From: Paraspadella gotoi
Lineage: Eukaryota > Animalia > Chaetognatha
Reading direction: 5' to 3'
DNA: 9,091 nucleotides
NCBI GenBank assembly: GCA_051294375.1
Contig: CM119267.1
Location: 26,791,938 to 26,801,028 of the forward strand
Below the pieces are notes generated by a model. It had not been told where the DNA came from. It saw only the letters and a program-made list of their open reading frames with translations, and did not search any database. Positions 6,532 through 9,091 of the stretch are shown here, piece by piece. The translations under genes and the position numbers were made by a program. Position 1 is the first letter of the stretch, and every line of letters begins with the position of its first letter.

Positions 6532-7892
6532 ATAAAAAATTCACTGTTCAATATTATTATATTTTTTTTTTATTTTTTGAAACGTTATAGTTTCATATTG
6601 CTGATATCAAAATATCAATGAAAAATCTTTTTTTTGTTTTTTTGATATGACTGAATATAGGGTGAAAGATGATAAATTTTTTTAAAAAAGTTACTTATTC
6701 ATATTTATTCATAGAATTGTAATAGAAAAAAATAAAAAAAATAATAGTACTAATAGTTAGTGTTATGTCTCAAATAGATGGAAAAAAAACCTCATTTAAA
6801 AAATTCGATCGGGAAGTGGGGTAACTAAGGCTTACCAATGTCATCCTCCACGCCGATTGTTCTCTCAAATAATTTTTTTTATTTAATACATTTGAAAGAG
6901 AAAAAAAGAAAATTTGGAATGCAGGTTGCAGAAAGGGTACAGATAATCTGGACTTATTGACATGATAACCATGCACTTTAATATCTTGTGAATGGGGCAG
7001 TAAAGAAATCTAAAAAATTCATCATTAAGTCAGTCAATGAACCCTTTCCAATGGGCTATTACGAGAAATATTTTTTCTTAATTAAATGGATGATATATAA
7101 TAAAATAAAATTCCTTGCTATATTTAAAAAAAAATTATCAATACAAATTAACACAATGATGTTTTGCTTTGTCAAATATGTTACCAGCTATATATTTTTA
7201 CAACTTTAATATGATAAACAAGCAGTGTGTCAAGCTTTTAGTTTGCAGTTAAAGATAATGAAATGACGATTTTTTTTTACAGACAAGAAGTAGATGTCCA
7301 GACTGTTTATATCAAGCTGAAAACATTTTTGTATTTATTTTTTTAATATTTTAAAATATATTTTATCAAGCTACAACATAAATTTTTGCTTGTTTTTACT
7401 TTAACTGAAAAATATAAGCAATTTTATGGAATAAAAAAAATTAATAATAAACAATGTAATTCAGTCTTTCCTTTTTCAAATTAAAAAGAAAAGAAAAATT
7501 TCATATGTCTTCATTGAAATTTTTTAAAGCAAAAAAACTGTTATACTTTTAACTCTGATTTAAACAAAAGCTGTGTAAAGATTATGGATTCAATTTTATA
7601 AAACTCTTTTAGAAAGGTGTCCCATGATTAGGCTTTAATTTGATACCACATCCACCTTGCTACCTCTTTTCTTTCAAAGTTATTTTAAAAAAATAACGTT
7701 TTTTAAATTACGGCAGTACAAATCTTAGTTAAATAAAAATTTCGGCAAAGCGGGAGTATCTCACTTATTTCTGTTGGTACAATACTTAAATTTCAAAATA
7801 AAACTTGAGAAAATTTTTTGTCATTTAGAGACATATCACTTTCAGATGTATGCATCGTATAATAATTTATTTATTTATTTCCCAAAAAAGCC

Positions 7893-8139
7893 TAATTAAA
7901 AGTTGAAATTTTTCAAATTGTTGGGAAAAAAATTTCATCCGACCTATGCTCATTGAGAATAATGGTTTTGCATAGAAAATTAAAATATCAAAAAAATAAA
8001 CAAATCAGCCTCTAGAAAAATCGAAAGGCTAGAGGCTGATTTTTTTGAATTGCAAATTTTTTTCCTGCTCATAATCCATTATTCTCAAGTTTCAAAATAT
8101 TTTTTTCCAAAATATCAATCAATTTTTTTTATTAATTTA
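7893..8139. repeat. Degenerate palindromic (foldback/MITE-like) element
   Basis: Nested inverted blocks around a centre near 8020: AAATCAGCCTCTAG 8002-8015 / 8029-8042 (perfect 14 bp); TTGAGAATAATGG 7953-7965 / 8076-8088 (perfect 13 bp); weaker 7921-7933 / 8099-8110. Outer limits approximate. Confidence 0.75.
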
Positions 8140-8658
8140 AAATGTTTTTTATGATGTTGTTTTTGGTTTGAAGAATTGAAAAAAAGTAAAAAAATAGCAG
8201 CAATTATATAAGGTTTTAAAAATATCTTTAAATATTAAATAATTAGACACAAGGGGAGTAAGCAGAGAAACTTTCCCATTCATAAAGAATGAAAATGAAT
8301 TTGTCATATTGTTATTTAGATTAATTGACTAATTACAAACAAATGATTATATAATTGAGGAAATGATGGGTAAAAAAATTCATCTTGCGTCTCGGTTAAC
8401 TATCTAGGTTATCGTTAAAGTTTTGTTTAATAATATTAATATTTTTTTGTGCATTTATAAAAGCAATGGTCTAAAATTTGTAAGCGTTTCGAGCTATATT
8501 GCTTCATCTTTTTTACTATTTCTGATCTAGTTAGCTTTTTTGTTTGATGGTCAAGGGTTATGGTCAGATACAGATATGTCCTAGTGTATATCGGCACTAT
8601 TACCAAAAGTAGTGATCAATTAATTTGGCTCAGAAACGATTTTAAAGGGACAAAATCA

Positions 8659-9091
8659 GCACGAGACCGTTTCGCCACGTTATTTTTCATTGTCTTATAA
8701 ACGTTGCAAAAAACCTAATTTTTCCAATATATTTACAATATTAATTTAATTTATACCACAATACAAATTGGGCCAAACTAGGGATTGGTTAAAATCATCT
8801 AGACTAGATACCTCATTCGAGACCTAATTTTAATTAATTTTTTTATATATTTTTATGCCGTTCAATGGAGAATGATGTCAATGATGGCAATATTCAATAT
8901 TCAACCGTTTTTAAATTTCTACAAAGGTTTCCGAGATATAGTCATAAACGTCAGCCTTGAAAGCCAAAATTTGTCGGAATAAAATTTTCAAGTTTCTCCT
9001 TAGATTTTTGACGCGCTAGTACTAACTATTTATTTTTATCGTCGCAATCGCTTAGGACACAATGAAAAATAACGTGGCGTTACTGTCTCGT
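8659..9091. mobile_element. MITE with ~45-50-bp TIRs; right end runs off the window
   Basis: ACGAGACCGTTTCGCCACGTTATTTTTCATTGT (8661-8693) is the inverted counterpart of ACAATGAAAAATAACGTGGCGTTACTGTCTCGT (9059-9091), 30/33 identical. Non-coding AT-rich interior. Confidence 0.8.

Noticed and set aside
5575-7209. Short ORFs at 5575-5811, 5775-5999, 6036-6308, 6088-6324, 6770-6976 and 6988-7209
   Set aside because: Low-complexity translations of LTR-like or AT-rich DNA, with no recognisable domains or NSUN5 motifs.
7740-7785. Helitron 3' end
   Set aside because: GC-richer patch but no convincing hairpin followed by CTRR.
6487-9091. CRISPR-like array from recurring ~45-bp repeats
   Set aside because: Copies are dispersed, in both orientations and not regularly spaced; better explained as TIRs.

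Overview
Eukaryotic genomic DNA, probably from an invertebrate animal: spliceosomal GT-AG introns, AT-rich intronic sequence and a metazoan-type tRNA-Leu fragment. The left ~3 kb is a GC-rich, frameshift-riddled gag-protease region of an LTR retrotransposon on the minus strand. It carries a partial tandem duplication (1-216 repeats 2152-2359) and ends at a 25-N assembly gap. Two + strand exons (3593-3728, 3800-4003) encode the N-terminal part of an NSUN5/Rcm1-type rRNA m5C methyltransferase; I found no first exon or catalytic-domain exons, so the rest of the window is probably intronic. That sequence is packed with non-autonomous elements: a Tc1/mariner-type MITE, several foldback/TIR elements and nested LTR-like sequences. 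The most unusual structure is an LTR-like promoter (heat-shock elements, TATA, Inr) directly followed by a 43-nt reverse copy of the 3' half of a mature, CCA-tailed tRNA-Leu, far longer than a normal 18-nt primer binding site, with no retroelement body behind it. All family assignments come from motif recognition by eye; no searches were run.
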